A stretch of 64,000 bases of DNA from the NCBI RefSeq assembly GCF_964204645.1, contig NC_134027.1, forward strand, positions 21,104,560 to 21,168,559. The letters run 5' to 3'. Position numbers and translations under genes: made by a program. How positions within the stretch are numbered: the first letter of the stretch is position 1; every line of letters starts with the position of its first letter. A model generated the notes under the pieces. That model made no database searches, was not told the origin of the DNA, and was given only the letters and a program-made list of their open reading frames with translations. This DNA is from Tubulanus polymorphus. Lineage: Eukaryota; Animalia; Nemertea. Positions 1 to 12,760 of the stretch are shown piece by piece.

Positions 1-738
1 TACGAGCAATTATCTAACAGGAGGTCAGGAAGCTCGCCCTATATCTCTGTACATAAGATCAGTAACGCTGTCAATCAAACTGTTGGCGTTGGGCTAATTG
101 ATGAGGCTATTGCTAGCCTATTGTTCGGATTTTTGGGTGTGATGTATTCACCTCGACAGACATGGATAAAATAAGCCAGGCTATAGAATAACATCAAAAT
201 TCATATATGTACAAATTACAAAATAAAGTATTTCATGGTCCAAGAAGTAATTTTCATCTTTTATAATAGTATAATGGAGGTAACTTCTCTTTCATATTTT
301 CAATGTAATATTTTCGGTATATTTCTGTTTTAATTTTTGAGATTTTCTCAAAACTGCATGTTTTATTCACAGGAACCGTCAGGAACATACAAAATATGTG
401 ATTTATAAAATATATTTATTGCAGAACGTACTAAAAATCTCAGGAGATGCAATGATATCGTAAAAATCTTAATTATCAACTGATTCTCAAAATTTTTTCA
501 CCGAGCTGTGGATTTCGTAAGCGCGGTCATTATGGTGCCATATACGCATGCCTCAGTTGGCTACGTCATCTTAAAGCTACCTCTATGGATTGCTTTTAGA
601 ATCAACGCACAGCGCTGCTATCCAGCGATGTTGAATCCAACACACCCCTGACTGTATGATTGAGAGCATTACTGATCGTACCAGTGTGTAGTACACTGAT
701 ATAGGGCGAGCTTCCTCCTGTTAGATAATTGCTCATAG
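1..738. mobile_element. Non-autonomous TIR element (MITE) in an intron of the left-hand gene
   Basis: The start TACGAGCAATTATCTAACAGGAG...GGAAGCTCGCCCTATATC is the reverse complement of GATATAGGGCGAGCTTCCTCCTGTTAGATAATTGCTCATA at about 698-738. The inverted match continues inward (GATCAGTAACGCTGTCAATCA vs TGATTGAGAGCATTACTGATC). Ends are TA. Confidence 0.75.
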
Positions 739-849
739 GAAATACTATACAATTCAAACTTCAGGGATGGACAGCTCAGAGAAGAACTATTTCAAAGTGT
801 TAAACCAGCATTTCTAGCAATGAGATCAAGTACCTCAAAACTTATTTAC

Positions 850-917
850 CTTAGTACCAATAATACTGATTTCATCAGCTTCCAGTGTATGCCACCAGGT
901 TATTGCTGTTACTGACC
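850..917 (-). CDS. Exon 4 of unidentified probable beta-propeller protein; gene continues beyond window
   Basis: ttttgaag acceptor, gtaaat donor. Phase 1 start joins exon 3 to give G-SVTAITWWHTLEADEISIIGTK with no stop. Confidence 0.75.
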
Positions 918-1663
918 CTTCAAAAATAGTGAAAAAATAATGAGTCCAGTAGTTACAAGAATAGGTCTATATATTGCACCATATTGCACTGAGGAAACGT
1001 ATTGCTCAACAGCGATTGCGTTTTCAGAATAGCATCTCGGCCTTTGAATAAACAAAAACTAAGTTTTCACGATTGACATTCTTAGCCGGAGTACAAGACA
1101 TAAGTTCCTGCAGCCACCCTTTGAAGTCGGCATATAAGGAAATCTTCGCTCCTGGCCATATTGGATACATGCATGAAAACTAAAATATGTTATCAATTGT
1201 TATCAAACTGTGTTTAATTTCAGAATTCTATTACTAGGAACCGATCATCGTAAACTTTGGCATCATACATGAACAGTTAGAGAATTAACCATGCTCTGAT
1301 AAAACATCAAGGGCCAGTTGCCCGAAAGTGGCTTAAATAACCTGGGACCATCCATGAGTATGTACTGTCTAAGCATGCAACTTTTTAAAGGCTCTACCTT
1401 CTGTTTGCATGATATTCCAGTGCCTTACAGGGTCAACAGTCAGTACCAAACATTCGCTTGATTACGATCTGGTATTTGTTCACTTTTAACAGGTACCATG
1501 TAGTTTACATGTTTTCAGTTAAGAAGTCAGCATGCATGGATGCCCCGATTAGATAAATATTACAGTAACAATGCAGTTTTTACTGTCACCATGTCAGTAC
1601 TACAAGGTAACTTTACTTGACTTTTGAGAATATAGCCCCACAGACAGTTGACTTTGTACTGAC

Positions 1664-1736
1664 CGATCTTGTCCTCTATTTCGATGATTGTTGCATCATT
1701 CAACCGCCAAATTGGTTCAACTCGGGCTTTCGGATC
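1664..1736 (-). CDS. Exon 3 of unidentified probable beta-propeller protein
   Basis: tatcag acceptor, G|gtcagt donor. Encodes DPKARVEPIWRLNDATIIEIEDKI; phase 0 in and phase 1 out match both neighbours. Confidence 0.75.
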
Positions 1737-2100
1737 CTGATAATATATGGATATATTGAAGACATCAATTTCAATCGAATAATAATTTGTAACAGAAAGT
1801 AATAACCACAAGCACAAAACAATATCAGTTCCATTCAGTAACCGAGGGTCAGTTGCTTAAGTCACCAGGTAAATCACTATATTACCTGAGATGCCTCCAT
1901 TTTCAATCCGAAATTAGTTTGTATGTCCAGTTCAATTTACTACTGGTAATTGTAAGTTATAATTTAGATAATTTAGCAGATATCTCTATATCTTTTCAAT
2001 AGAACTGAAACAAGTTTTCATTCGAATTCCATTGATACAAATGAGCCCTGGATTTCACCAAAAGTCAATGAAAAAGTTTTGTCCAGATAATCCAACATAC

Positions 2101-2270
2101 CATGATAGCTTGGAAGGGCAAAATATAAAGTATGGCTTTCTTGGACGTGCAAAGCAACCATTTGCCTTGAATGTTGAAACACATAGCAACAATCGGTTTG
2201 TTCATCCACGGTAGATATCTAATAGCTGGCACTTGACTGTGATTAGGCGAATTACGAAATACCAAAACAT
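2101..2270 (-). CDS. Exon 2 of unidentified probable beta-propeller protein
   Basis: ctttcag acceptor, ATG|gtatgt donor. Encodes (N)VLVFRNSPNHSQVPAIRYLPWMNKPIVAMCFNIQGKWLLCTSKKAILYILPFQAIM; IVAMCFNxxGxWLL resembles a WD40-type blade. Confidence 0.8.
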
Positions 2271-3414
2271 CTGAAAGAAAACATTGATTCAATATTTGTT
2301 CGCATATTGTTCTGTCTATGCGTGTATCATCATATTCCGATTTCATTCACTTTATGTATGGCAAGTGAAAACTTTGAGTGAGCTTTTATTTCATTGCGCC
2401 ATACAATACGAAAATAACATGGGAAATGATATGCAATAAAATATCAACATAAATACAAGACTACAAAGGAAAAAGAATGATGAACATACAGTAAAATAAT
2501 GAATGCTATCCAAGTTGGATTGTATATTATAGCACATAGCGCATAGAGGAGTAGAATAGCCGAACTCAAACATAGAGAAAAGATAAGGACCCACAATGAA
2601 CAAAAAATACCTGCGAGACATGTGTCCTCTGTTTCTGATTTTCAATTTTTGAATGAATTTCCATTTAAATTTGTATACAGTCAACTCCACTTGACTTGTA
2701 TCTTTAGGGACCGGTGATTGTTATACGGATTAAGTGAAATACGAGTTAGATGACTTTCAATTTTCCCACATCCCCAAAGCGGTCATACAACCCATATTAT
2801 GGTGTTTAAATTATAATAAAGCCTGGATTGATTTTAAAAATACTTAGTTATTGAAAATAAACTGCGTTATACACATACATTGTACTGTATTGGTTATTGA
2901 AGATAAACCAAAAATCCTCAAAAGCATGAAGCAGAGAATGACTCATGAAGTGCTGTGGTTTTGGATACAGCAGCACGGATTAATTGGTTTGATTACCATG
3001 TCATTTCAGTAAATGGATCAAAAATCAATATAATTAATTATTCATTAAAGGTTTGAACTGAAAAAATCCGGACTTGCCAACCTCTATGAAATGGGCTAAA
3101 TTAGCAGTAAATCATCCCAGAATAAAGCAGAGTCAACTGTATAGTGGCGGGTTTTGTATCATATTACTTTTCACTGCATCTACCCTGCTATGTGGCATGT
3201 AATCCAACCACCTTTAATGCGTGCACGGGCAAAGGGCAGCTTAGTGAAACTAGTTCACACAGCATTTTTATCTAGTGCAGAGCCATTGCAATAGGCAGCC
3301 ACTGCAAGAAATTTCTTTTTTCTTTCCATTTTCACGTCACTGGTATAGTTCAAGGCCAATATGTTTTTATCACGTAAGTTAAAGGGTTAAACGGAAACAA
3401 TGCATAAATCTTAC

Positions 3415-3571
3415 TATTAGACATTGATAATGCGAGCTGACTGCTTTCACCATATTCCGAGAACGCCGATAACAATACGCAATATTTGCCATCTTCACTC
3501 AGGGCACCACCACGGTTTTTTGTGTTGAATGTAATGATTCTGGACAATTCGAACAAAGGAAACGCAGGCAT
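3415..3571 (-). CDS. Exon 1 (ATG) of unidentified probable beta-propeller protein
   Basis: AAAATG start with an in-frame TGA just upstream. Encodes MPAFPLFELSRIITF...LALSMSN; A|gtaaga phase 1 donor matches exon 2. Confidence 0.72.
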
Positions 3572-3799
3572 TTTCACCACTCTTCAAGGGTATTACCCGA
3601 AAAGACACAAAATCTACAACATAAAACGGATTATGATATATATCATTAAGTCAACCCTCAATAATCTGCTATCTGAATCCGCCACCCTCAATTTTCCTCC
3701 CAAACTTTGAATTCCTGCTTCCAAATTTCATTCATTGTCAAATAGTATGACGTTCAGTCATCACCCACCCTCGATTATCCACCAATGAGAAGACTGTAG

Positions 3800-4550
3800 C
3801 AGGTAAGAAGGTGAGCAATGGCAGTTGGTAACATTGTACAAGAGCCTCGAGCTGTCCATCATAGATTACGCACCTCCAATCACTCAAGGTTTCAGCATAG
3901 GCTGTAACCGTGGCAAAGTCACTGCAGAACAGCAGTCATCCTCTGCACGACAAGGTTAGGGACGGATTCCTGAAGTCCATGGAACAATCTGCACCATCCC
4001 AGTGCCACAACCTGCAACCACACCAGCCAAAAAAGTCTCAGCATAGGCTTAACCCATGGGTAGCTGCCTGATAATCTCTGCAGCCAACCACCTACCTGGG
4101 TATCCAGCGAAATACATGAGGAAGACGCACACTTCACCACTATTTTTGGCAGGGAGTGCAGAGAATGGCCAGAAGCAATGGCAAACGCCCTGTGTAACCA
4201 CCTGTTCTGGGAGTTAGGAGGTCAGTCTGTCACAATAATTACTACAGATGGCTCCTTCAAACCTAACATGAATCCGGCTGGATAAAGATCGAAGGCAAGA
4301 AAGTGGCAGAGGGTCTGGCTGCGACACTATCTACACCAGCAGTAAGATTGGAGTTTTGATGCCATTCAACAGGATCTACTCAGGCTTGCACATTCGATCT
4401 CTAAATGGAGGAGCTAGACAGCAATATTCGCCACAAATTCGATGGCTGTGCTGGGCAGGATCCTCACTGGGAATTTATCCTTTAACTGGCATGCTTCACG
4501 TCACAAGCATTCAACGTGCAGTGTTCTGGACATGGGCCCGGCCATGCAGG
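3800..4550 (+). mobile_element. Possible heavily decayed non-LTR retrotransposon 3' fragment (restriction-like endonuclease type)
   Basis: GC-richer, coding-like stretch with broken frames. SLNGGARQQYS and TSIQRAVFWTWAR loosely resemble C-terminal motifs of R2/NeSL/R4-type elements. Weak. Confidence 0.25.
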
Positions 4551-4554
4551 AGTT

Positions 4555-5674
4555 AAACTAGGGGTCCAGGGACACCATGCCCACTTGGGAAGTGGTTTCA
4601 AATGCTCAACAATCTAACAATTTCAATATTCAATGCCCCCTGGTGACCATATACAAAAACCAATGACCTTGAAACTCACCACAATCATAGAACATGTCAT
4701 GAACTACAACTTTGCAATTGATCATGGTAATCAAATATCCCTAGGTACCAATTTGATAAGGAAATACCAAGTTCTTCTACTATTCAACGCCTCCTGGTGA
4801 CCATATAGAACAACTTATGTCCTTGCAACTCATCACAATCATAGACGATGTCATGAGCTACAACTTTGCAATTGATTGTGGTTACAAAATATGCGTAGGT
4901 ACAAATATAATATAGAAATACTAAGTTATTGTATTATTCAACGCCCCCTGGTGGCCATACACAAAAACCAATGACCACGAAACTTACTCTAATCATAGAA
5001 CGCGTTATGGGCTACAACTTTCCACTTGATTATAGTAACACAATATGCTTAGGTACGGCATCAATTTAATGTGGAAAAACTTTTTCCCACCTACGAATGA
5101 GTACTGATGACACCAAGATGGCCGCCAATTGCATCATAATTGGATAATCAAAAACACCTGTCTCAGGTATAAAACATCCCTTTCCAAAGAATACCAATCA
5201 CAAATTGCAACAATGAGAAATAGTATACCAGTAGGAAGCTACAGGACTTAAAATTCGGGCCAAAATAGACATTTTTAGGCACTTAATAGGTCATAGGATG
5301 GCCATCTTGAGTCTGATCAACCCAATTTTTCCTATGCTAATGGGCCCTTGGGGGATTCAGATCTATACGAAAGATCAAGGTAATTGATAATAAAAGCGTC
5401 TCCACAATTTCCCTCAAAAAGTTCAAAAATGTGTAAAAAGTGCTGATTTTGGCGAACAACAATGGCTACCAGTCGGCCATCTTGATTCTGACAGGGCCAG
5501 TTTTTGGGCTGAATGAAGATGTGTCTAGACTAGGGTAGATTCATGTGTTACCCAAATATCAAGACATTACATGGAAGCGTCTTCAAAACTTCCCAAATAA
5601 CTGGATTCCGTCGACAGATGGATGGACGGATGTAAAGTAAACGCAATAGGCCTAGCCCGTAAGTGGGCTAAAAA
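4555..5674 (+). mobile_element. Helentron-associated / pearl-like non-autonomous element with an internal 154-bp tandem array
   Basis: Starts AAACTAG. Three about 154-bp units (CAAYGCCYCCTGGTGRCC at 4631, 4785, 4939). GACAGATGGATGGACGGA microsatellite near the end, then terminal hairpin TAGCCC-gtaagt-GGGCTA (5653-5670) followed by an A-run. Confidence 0.65.
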
Positions 5675-7727
5675 CTGGTAAACTGTCCAATGAAAGTCAT
5701 TGGTTTAGGATAATATTCACGAAGTACTGAAGTACCAGTGTATTTCCAATAAAATAAAATTGAATTGAATAGAAAAGTTTACAACAACTCAATTATAATA
5801 TGCATTGAATGACATTTAATATTGGAACCATTTATTACTAGACCATAATTATGATTACACTGATATGAAAACATTTACCTTTTAACGCTGCATTGATGCA
5901 AGAATTAGATTTTTATAGATATTTTCAAACTGTAACCAATAGCGGGTGGCTCCGGCAATGTCTAAATCGAGACATATATACAAATACAATACAATAAACC
6001 TTTATTGTACTGACAAATTTATCATAGTATACATGATTGTCGATGAAATACATGATGATTAAAAAAATCTTTAAAATGATGTGATACCAGACACGGATTT
6101 AGGGAGCGGGAATAGGCACGAACCTGGTTCCTTTCATGCCAAGAAAATATTTTCACTTCGGGTCATTCGCTTATAATTGAACGGATGATTATAGAAAGTG
6201 GCCGTTTAGCGAATTCGACGGATATGATAGAAAAGTGGCCGATTCGCGAATTCGACGGATACCGCACCCAAACTCCGGTCGGGCCTGGCTTTCCTACTGA
6301 GCGTGCTATCTGAAAATCATATTGATTAATCGTTTCTGATGGTAATTGTGAAATAATCTTTGAGATACGAGAACCTCTGCGTCGGGTCACAAGCAGCGGC
6401 GCTGGTCGATCGCCCGGACTCTTGGGCTCCGCAACAACCAGCGCCGTAGTTCTATATTGTGGACTGTTTATTACGGATACAAGCGCCAAATATTGTCAGT
6501 CAAGGGGGTGATCAAAAGAGATGCAAATCCGTCGTATTTTGATCAAAAGCCTGAATCAATCTCAATGATTCCCACGATGGATGGATATAAGTAAAGCTAA
6601 TATTGTGGACAACTTGTGACGTCACTGGTATGGGGGATACCAATCAAACCGACACAACCAATATTGTTTTAAAAAATCATACTTAATATCAAGAGACCAG
6701 GTGTTGTGTATTTATTTTTTCCAAGATCCCCCAGACTTTCTGAAAACAAACTCACTGCTGACTGAATGAAAATTCGTATCGTATTGTATGTTTGGCTGGG
6801 GAGTCCTTTGCCAAACGGGAATTCTTGATGTCCTTGGTCCGTTCTTGAGAAATAGATGTCTTAGAAGATCCAGATTCTCATAACTAAACTCCATTCTTCT
6901 ATGATGACATTTCGATATATTCTACTCTTGACGAGATTGATACAAAAGTCGAGGCTCGTTAAAATACATTTTGACCCTCTCAAGATCTCTAGCTCGACTC
7001 CCTTTTGTCCCTTTTCTCTAATATCTCGTGATGCAACCAGCACTTGGCTTCCATTACTGCCCACATATCCTGTTTGCTCGCATCCTGTTGATCATATCCG
7101 GTGACCAACGATCCGTAGTTATAATTTATGTACCTAATAACTATATAACATTGGCAACTACCTAGTTCTGACGTACATTCTAAATTTTAGACAACAAGGA
7201 CATAAACTGCCCAGTACAAAAACGATATGTCTTGCACTCTTAAAATTTTTGAAAGCGTAATAAAAGTTTGATAATGGGGATATGTTCTAAAGAGGACGTT
7301 TTATTGATGATTCTGACAGCTTTCTTCTGAAGAAGAAATGGTTGAAATTTGGTATGCATAACCCCAAACTATATTACAATAAGAATATTCAAAAGCATTT
7401 GTCAGCAAAACGACCGATAAACGACAACTCGGAGGAAGACTAGTAGCTTCACTGAAATCTGAATTTATTCTTACAATTCTCAAGTCGTACATGCTTTTAT
7501 ACTATTACAGAAATGCATCCATAAAATCCCCATTTAATTCCCATTGAAAAATAGTGCCGGTTTAAGAATTATAACAGTAGCCTTGCACTCTGTGACTGTG
7601 AATTCCATTGAATGACACAATAGACGTATGAAAACCACTAGCAGGCATGGCTAGTGTCCTTCTCATGAATACAAATTGTAAAACAGGTATGACACAGGTG
7701 ATGTGATAATACACATAACAGCATTAA

Positions 7728-9063
7728 ACGCTGGTAGCCAAATGTAGCAAAAATGAACTGGCTTGTGTTATTTCCAAGCCACTTTCCGTGGAACCGCTAA
7801 GAAACTTGTTTAAGTTATTGCGACAGGTCTTGAGGCATAATTTCTTCCCAGCCGTGCTAATGATCAGTGGTGGTTTAATGTCGCTGCACTTTCGGGTTAT
7901 AGTACCATATGGCGGCTGTCCTCTGACGGTGGCTGTCGGGTCACCAGGGACAGGAAAAACTCTGTCATTGAAATCGCTTCTTGGGATTTTCGGGCGACCG
8001 AACAAGTAGCTTTCCCGGAACCAATGAGTAGTTGTTGGATCTCATGAGTGAAACGGATATTCCGGTTGCAGTCGAATGAGCTGGATGATCTGACGATTGC
8101 AACAACGGACCAGTCTCTAGCACCGCACAGAAGGTTCATCGAAATCTTGATTCTCGTCTTATTGATGGTGAACGTAATTAATGGTGCATCCGCGTCTGTG
8201 TGTAAGTTTGCTCGGATATGATATAGTGTGTGATCTAGTCAAATCGAAATAAGTGTCGCTTTTAACCTAGGTTCAACTAATGGTGCGGATGTCCAAGTGC
8301 GACGGCATCGATGCCATTTGTATAAAAAAAAAACAACGCACCTAAATGAACTTACGGAGAACTTCGTTACAGCAGCAAAAACATTTGGAAATGGGAAAAC
8401 AAATGTTCCGAGACGCTTTTTACTGGTAGAATCACCTGAGAGCTCCGTTTACTCTGTTAGTATGATTGTTTTATTATTTCTCTTAACTTCAATCGAGGAT
8501 GGCCTATCAAATCATAAACGATAATTTCAACATTTCCCTTCATTTTATGTCTTAGGTTATTCCGTCGACATGCGCCACAAGTAAATTCAGTTGTATTTAC
8601 ATCAGATATTTTGACGCTGATACGCAGACTGCTTTAAAGAAAAGTAAGTTTTAACACATATTTCAAAATTGGCACATGAAAATCATATTAAAATTCAACA
8701 AATTGATCATTTTTTCTTCAAAACGTCGAAGGAATTAAAAAAAGGTAAAACTTTTATCAAGAAGCCTACTCAATCAACGTATGTCACCTTGAAAATTGCT
8801 TGATTGCAGTTTTTTTTTCTATATGCATTTCAGTGTGTTCGGTCACGGAATTTATCGACGATAAACAGCCAAAGCGGATAAGAGCAATTGAGAAGGTATT
8901 GATAAAAGATAGCTTCATTTAATTAATCTATTACCTATAGATGGGGAAGAGTGAAATCATAACACATGAAATCACAACGTTTTGTTTTACATTTTAGAAT
9001 CAAGAAGTGAAAATTAAAGAAATTGAAGACGTGCATCCGAAGCGGGCTGGAACAATTGAAAAG
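7728..9063 (+). pseudogene. Decayed P-loop ATPase (helicase/primase-like) gene fragment, probably from a large mobile element
   Basis: ORF ...PLSVEPLRNLFKLLRQVLRHNFFPAVLMISGGLMSLHFRVIVPYGGCPLTVAVGSPGTGKTLSLKSLLGIFG has a hydrophobic strand plus Walker A GSPGTGKT (7938-7961). Downstream exon-like blocks have AG/GT borders (about 8556-8643, 8834-8895, 8998-9063) but no intact continuous frame. Confidence 0.5.
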
Positions 9064-9149
9064 GTAATCTTGATTTTTTCTCAATCAATGTGTTATTTTG
9101 TCTTCTTGACTAGTCTTGGATATATAACCATTTCTGGCCTTCCCAGGGT

Positions 9150-11020
9150 TTTGCAATAACGAGTGCACCGATGTGCGCCATTACAGATGTTGCATTTACC
9201 TCGTGGTTTCCGACATTATCTAGACCGATGCCTAGAAGAGCGATTAAAGCATAGAGCTTTATCTCTAACGAATTTCACCCTTCTCTTCGTAGGTAAATCT
9301 CCCGAAAGCACTACAATCTACCAACAAGTGTTCGTTACTGCAATGTGGACATCTCAACGGCTTCTTAGTCGCTGGTAGTAGATTTACGGTCATTTCTGAC
9401 GATGGACCAATTGTTCCTTCAGATTGGCGCGTGATGAATGTCTTCCCCTTTTTACCTGTATACTTGTAGTCCTTAACATCAAAGATATTGCCAAAAACTG
9501 GGTTTGTTGCTACTCTTGCCTCTTTCTCTACAAACTCGGCAACATCACCAAAGTTGACATCTCATTACTGCTTCTCATTAACTGTATCAGCTGTTTGCGC
9601 CAGCGTTTCCTCAGGTCGTAAGGCAGGGGACTCACTACCTTTCGTAGAGAACCTGGGTTCTCGATCTTACTAAGATAGCCAACTTCCTTTAACGAATTTC
9701 TACAACTTGTCAACGTTATGGAAAACTTCTTCAAACCATTCCTATCTTCTGATCTAAAGGCTGGACCCTTGGTGATTTCATTGACGTATGCTGTAGCAAT
9801 TCGACCATAACGCTTCTTCAGTGCATCTTTAGCTTCTGAGTATGCCAAATCGTCACTTCGGTTAAATAGCTTCTTACCAACTCGTTCACTTCACCAGACG
9901 TATACTGGGCAAGATAATAACATCTCGACGTATTACTCGGCGTTCTAGTCTCGATCAGCTATTCGAACGCATTAATAAACGATATATACTGCAATGCATT
10001 ACCATCAAATATTGGCATTTCAGGTTTTGGAAGGGTCAATGAATTCGCGGTTGCTTCTCATTTGAAGCTGCTGGGTCTTCAGCAAATTTAAGATTGCTTC
10101 ATCATTGGTATTGGCTATCTGATTCACCTCATTAGTGTCGTTTCTCTCAACCTTCAGTGGCTGCCAAGCTGGTGCTTCAGAATCGAGGCTGACACCTGTA
10201 ACATCGTACCTATTGTGGATATATGTAAGCAGCGGCCTCAGATAACCGTGTGCGAAGCTTAAGTTGCTGTTCTTCAATTCTGAGTCTTTCCTCCTCTTGT
10301 TTCAATACCAATCTTCGTTCTGACAGTTGTCTCTCGATCTCTTTCTAGAGCAGCAAGTTTTGCTTCTAAATGCTTTTTTCGGGTGGATTCTTCGATCAGC
10401 TTCACTTTGACGCTATTCTTTCTGCTCTTATGGCTACTGCTTACATGACTGACTGAGTCGTGAGGCGTGACGTAATCCTGGCGTAAGTCTGATATCCATC
10501 CTTCGGCTCTTCTGCTGAATACCGAATAAGCTTCCTCTTTCTTCTCGTAGTATGTTTCGGTCAGGTCCTTGTCTTCGTCGGTCTTTAGCTATGCGATGTA
10601 CACAGCGTAACTTTTTTCTAAGTTTTTTCCAACATGTCTTGATGTCGTTCAGCCGAGTTTCTACTTCGTCAACGTTTGATTCGCTGGACATCAATTCTCG
10701 AATCTCTCTTCTATTCCTCGTCAAGGTCGCCTTGTAACCAGCACGACTTCTCTTTTGCGAGGTTAATTCAGCTAGTTCGTCTTCGGTTGGATTGCCATCC
10801 CCTATCGACGTCATCTTGCTTTTGTGTTAAACAATGGGGGATCCTCAATTCGAATTGGGTATGGGGGCGATGACAATCCACGAACATATGTGACTAACGC
10901 TTCTTGTTGTATGATAATTTAATAGTTTATTTCCCTCGATAACGTTCAACGACGACGACGAACGACGGAAGGCGGTTTCTGGAATACACAAGTACAAAGA
11001 AACATCTAAAAGTTGTACTA
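9150..11020 (-). mobile_element. Decayed BEL/Pao LTR retrotransposon: gag (DUF1759-like) and zinc-knuckle region; pol missing
   Basis: Broken frames give KRSRAGYKATLT, PKPEMPIFDGNALQYISFINAFE, YSEAKDALKKRYG, ENPGSLRKVVSPLPYDLRKRWR and VRDKALCFN...CNICNGAH, all typical of BEL/Pao gag. Contains stops and frameshifts. Confidence 0.85.
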
Positions 11021-11203
11021 GAAGACGACGAACATAGATCGGACGAGAACACAGTATTGACGGCTAAGTCCCCAAATTGAATGATATGCAATAATAACAC
11101 TATCGCTATGTACTAAATAACTATAAAGATGCCATAAACATGTAAAATGCTACGTTTCTAAGTTGCACTAGCTATGTATAAATTCGTGACAAAATACGGT
11201 AAG

Positions 11204-11488
11204 CATGGGCGTACCCAGGATTGTTTGTGGGGAGTTCGTTTTAAGGCATGTCTTGGGGTCCTCCCCCAGAAAATCTTTGAGAATTGCGTGAAAATAGGCG
11301 CGTTCTGGTGCAATCTGAGGCTGATAGGTAGACTGGTTCCCGTTTACTTGGCATGTATCGATTTTATTTTGCTAATTTAGCAAATACAGACAAGTTCCGA
11401 CGTTCGTCGACGTTTGAAAATTCGAAAAAGGGGGTTCGTTCGAACTACCGACAGTCCCTCCATCCCCCACCCCCTACGGACGCCCATG
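11204..11488. mobile_element. MITE with CATGGGCGT/ACGCCCATG termini and 5-bp TSD
   Basis: Terminal inverted repeats; flanks GTAAG / GTAAA. Confidence 0.65.
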
Positions 11489-11999
11489 GTAAAACTTACA
11501 ACACATTATGACATTATGTTCCTACGCATGTTCCACGATCCGACACATCCAACGACCAGGGCTCAAAGAGGCCGGTTTAACTGCGAGAAATGCTTTAATA
11601 CAGCGTTAGAGCTATGTGACCGCTGAGGTGCGAGCCACCAATAATAATGTTATAGAAATATTTAACTATTAAACTATTGATCCCTAAAAACTAGCTCCTA
11701 CATACTGAGTTAGTTTATTCACTTCATAGAAACTCATTCAAGCGTCGTTCATTTATAGATAAATGGAAAACAACTTCAATACAGACAATTGTGAAGGGAA
11801 TAAAGAAGTTTCCAGTTTCTAGGACCGCATCGCGCGTAAAGAAATTACGATTTTCATTAATTTTGAAATATCTTAGTGGTTATTAAAGCTATATTTCCTA
11901 TCTTTACTGAGGTTGAAGAGCGTTATTTGCAGTTTTGGCCTGCGTTGGAATTTTTTAGATATCTTTCCTGACGACTGATCTGTAATCGATAGAGTTTGA

Positions 12000-12760
12000 G
12001 ATTACGCGCCAAAGGGGTCTGCGCTCACTGCCCACCGCCATTTCACTGAACATTGAGATTTGGGAAAGGAAATGGCAAAAATACAATTTAATACTGGTTT
12101 CTAGTTATCAATATTGCTTCTTAAGGTTATACGTTACCTTTATTTTCGTATGGTTGAAATAGAATTTTGAGTGCTTTGATGAGCACGAGTTTTGTAGCAT
12201 CGGGAAACTAAAGGATTTTTTGAAAGAAAGGAGACTTTCTGTGCTGATTGTTAAGGTGACCTAGTTGAAAGCCTATCTTTGCGTTTGAACAGAATGTACC
12301 GCTCCTGGTTGGAGACTCTAGAAGAAAATCAAGGTTTTGATATGTTTTTGAATATGTGGCTCAGTTGAATGTTGCAAAAATGGATGTTGACCCTCTAAAA
12401 CAGAATATTAAATGGTGGACAGATATGATATTCATGATATTGGAATTTGATATCAGTAAGGTTTTCTGGTCATGTTTTCAAGCAAGAAGGTCGATATTCA
12501 GTAAATTCATCGTATGATCCCAGAATGAGGGATTACGAGAGAGACTTATGTAACTAGAATTTTTACCTGTCGGTTGGAAACTAGTAGATTTTCCGCAGAT
12601 TCTGTTAACTCGATAAATTAGACGGCCGAAGCTCCAACTCCGATGAAACCGTAGTTTATTTCAACCAGCAGACAATTCAAAGCTTACAAAATCTCGGTGT
12701 TTTTCAGGTATGGGTATTCCAAGTGATATAGCAAGGATCCATCCAAGACAAAAGTCTAAC
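12000..12760 (+). mobile_element. Highly decayed LINE reverse-transcriptase relic
   Basis: Remnant motifs in RT order: KKGD, LNRMYRSWLETLEENQGF, LEFDISKVF, EGLRE (cf. KKGD, ExQxGFR, DxxKAFD, GLRQG). Many stops. Confidence 0.4.

Noticed and set aside
998-1170. Coding-looking stretch between exons 3 and 4 of the left gene
   Set aside because: All minus-strand frames contain stops, and exons 3 and 4 already join in phase.
6712-7104. Short overlapping ORFs near the ATPase relic
   Set aside because: No recognisable domain and no consistent splice/phase chain.
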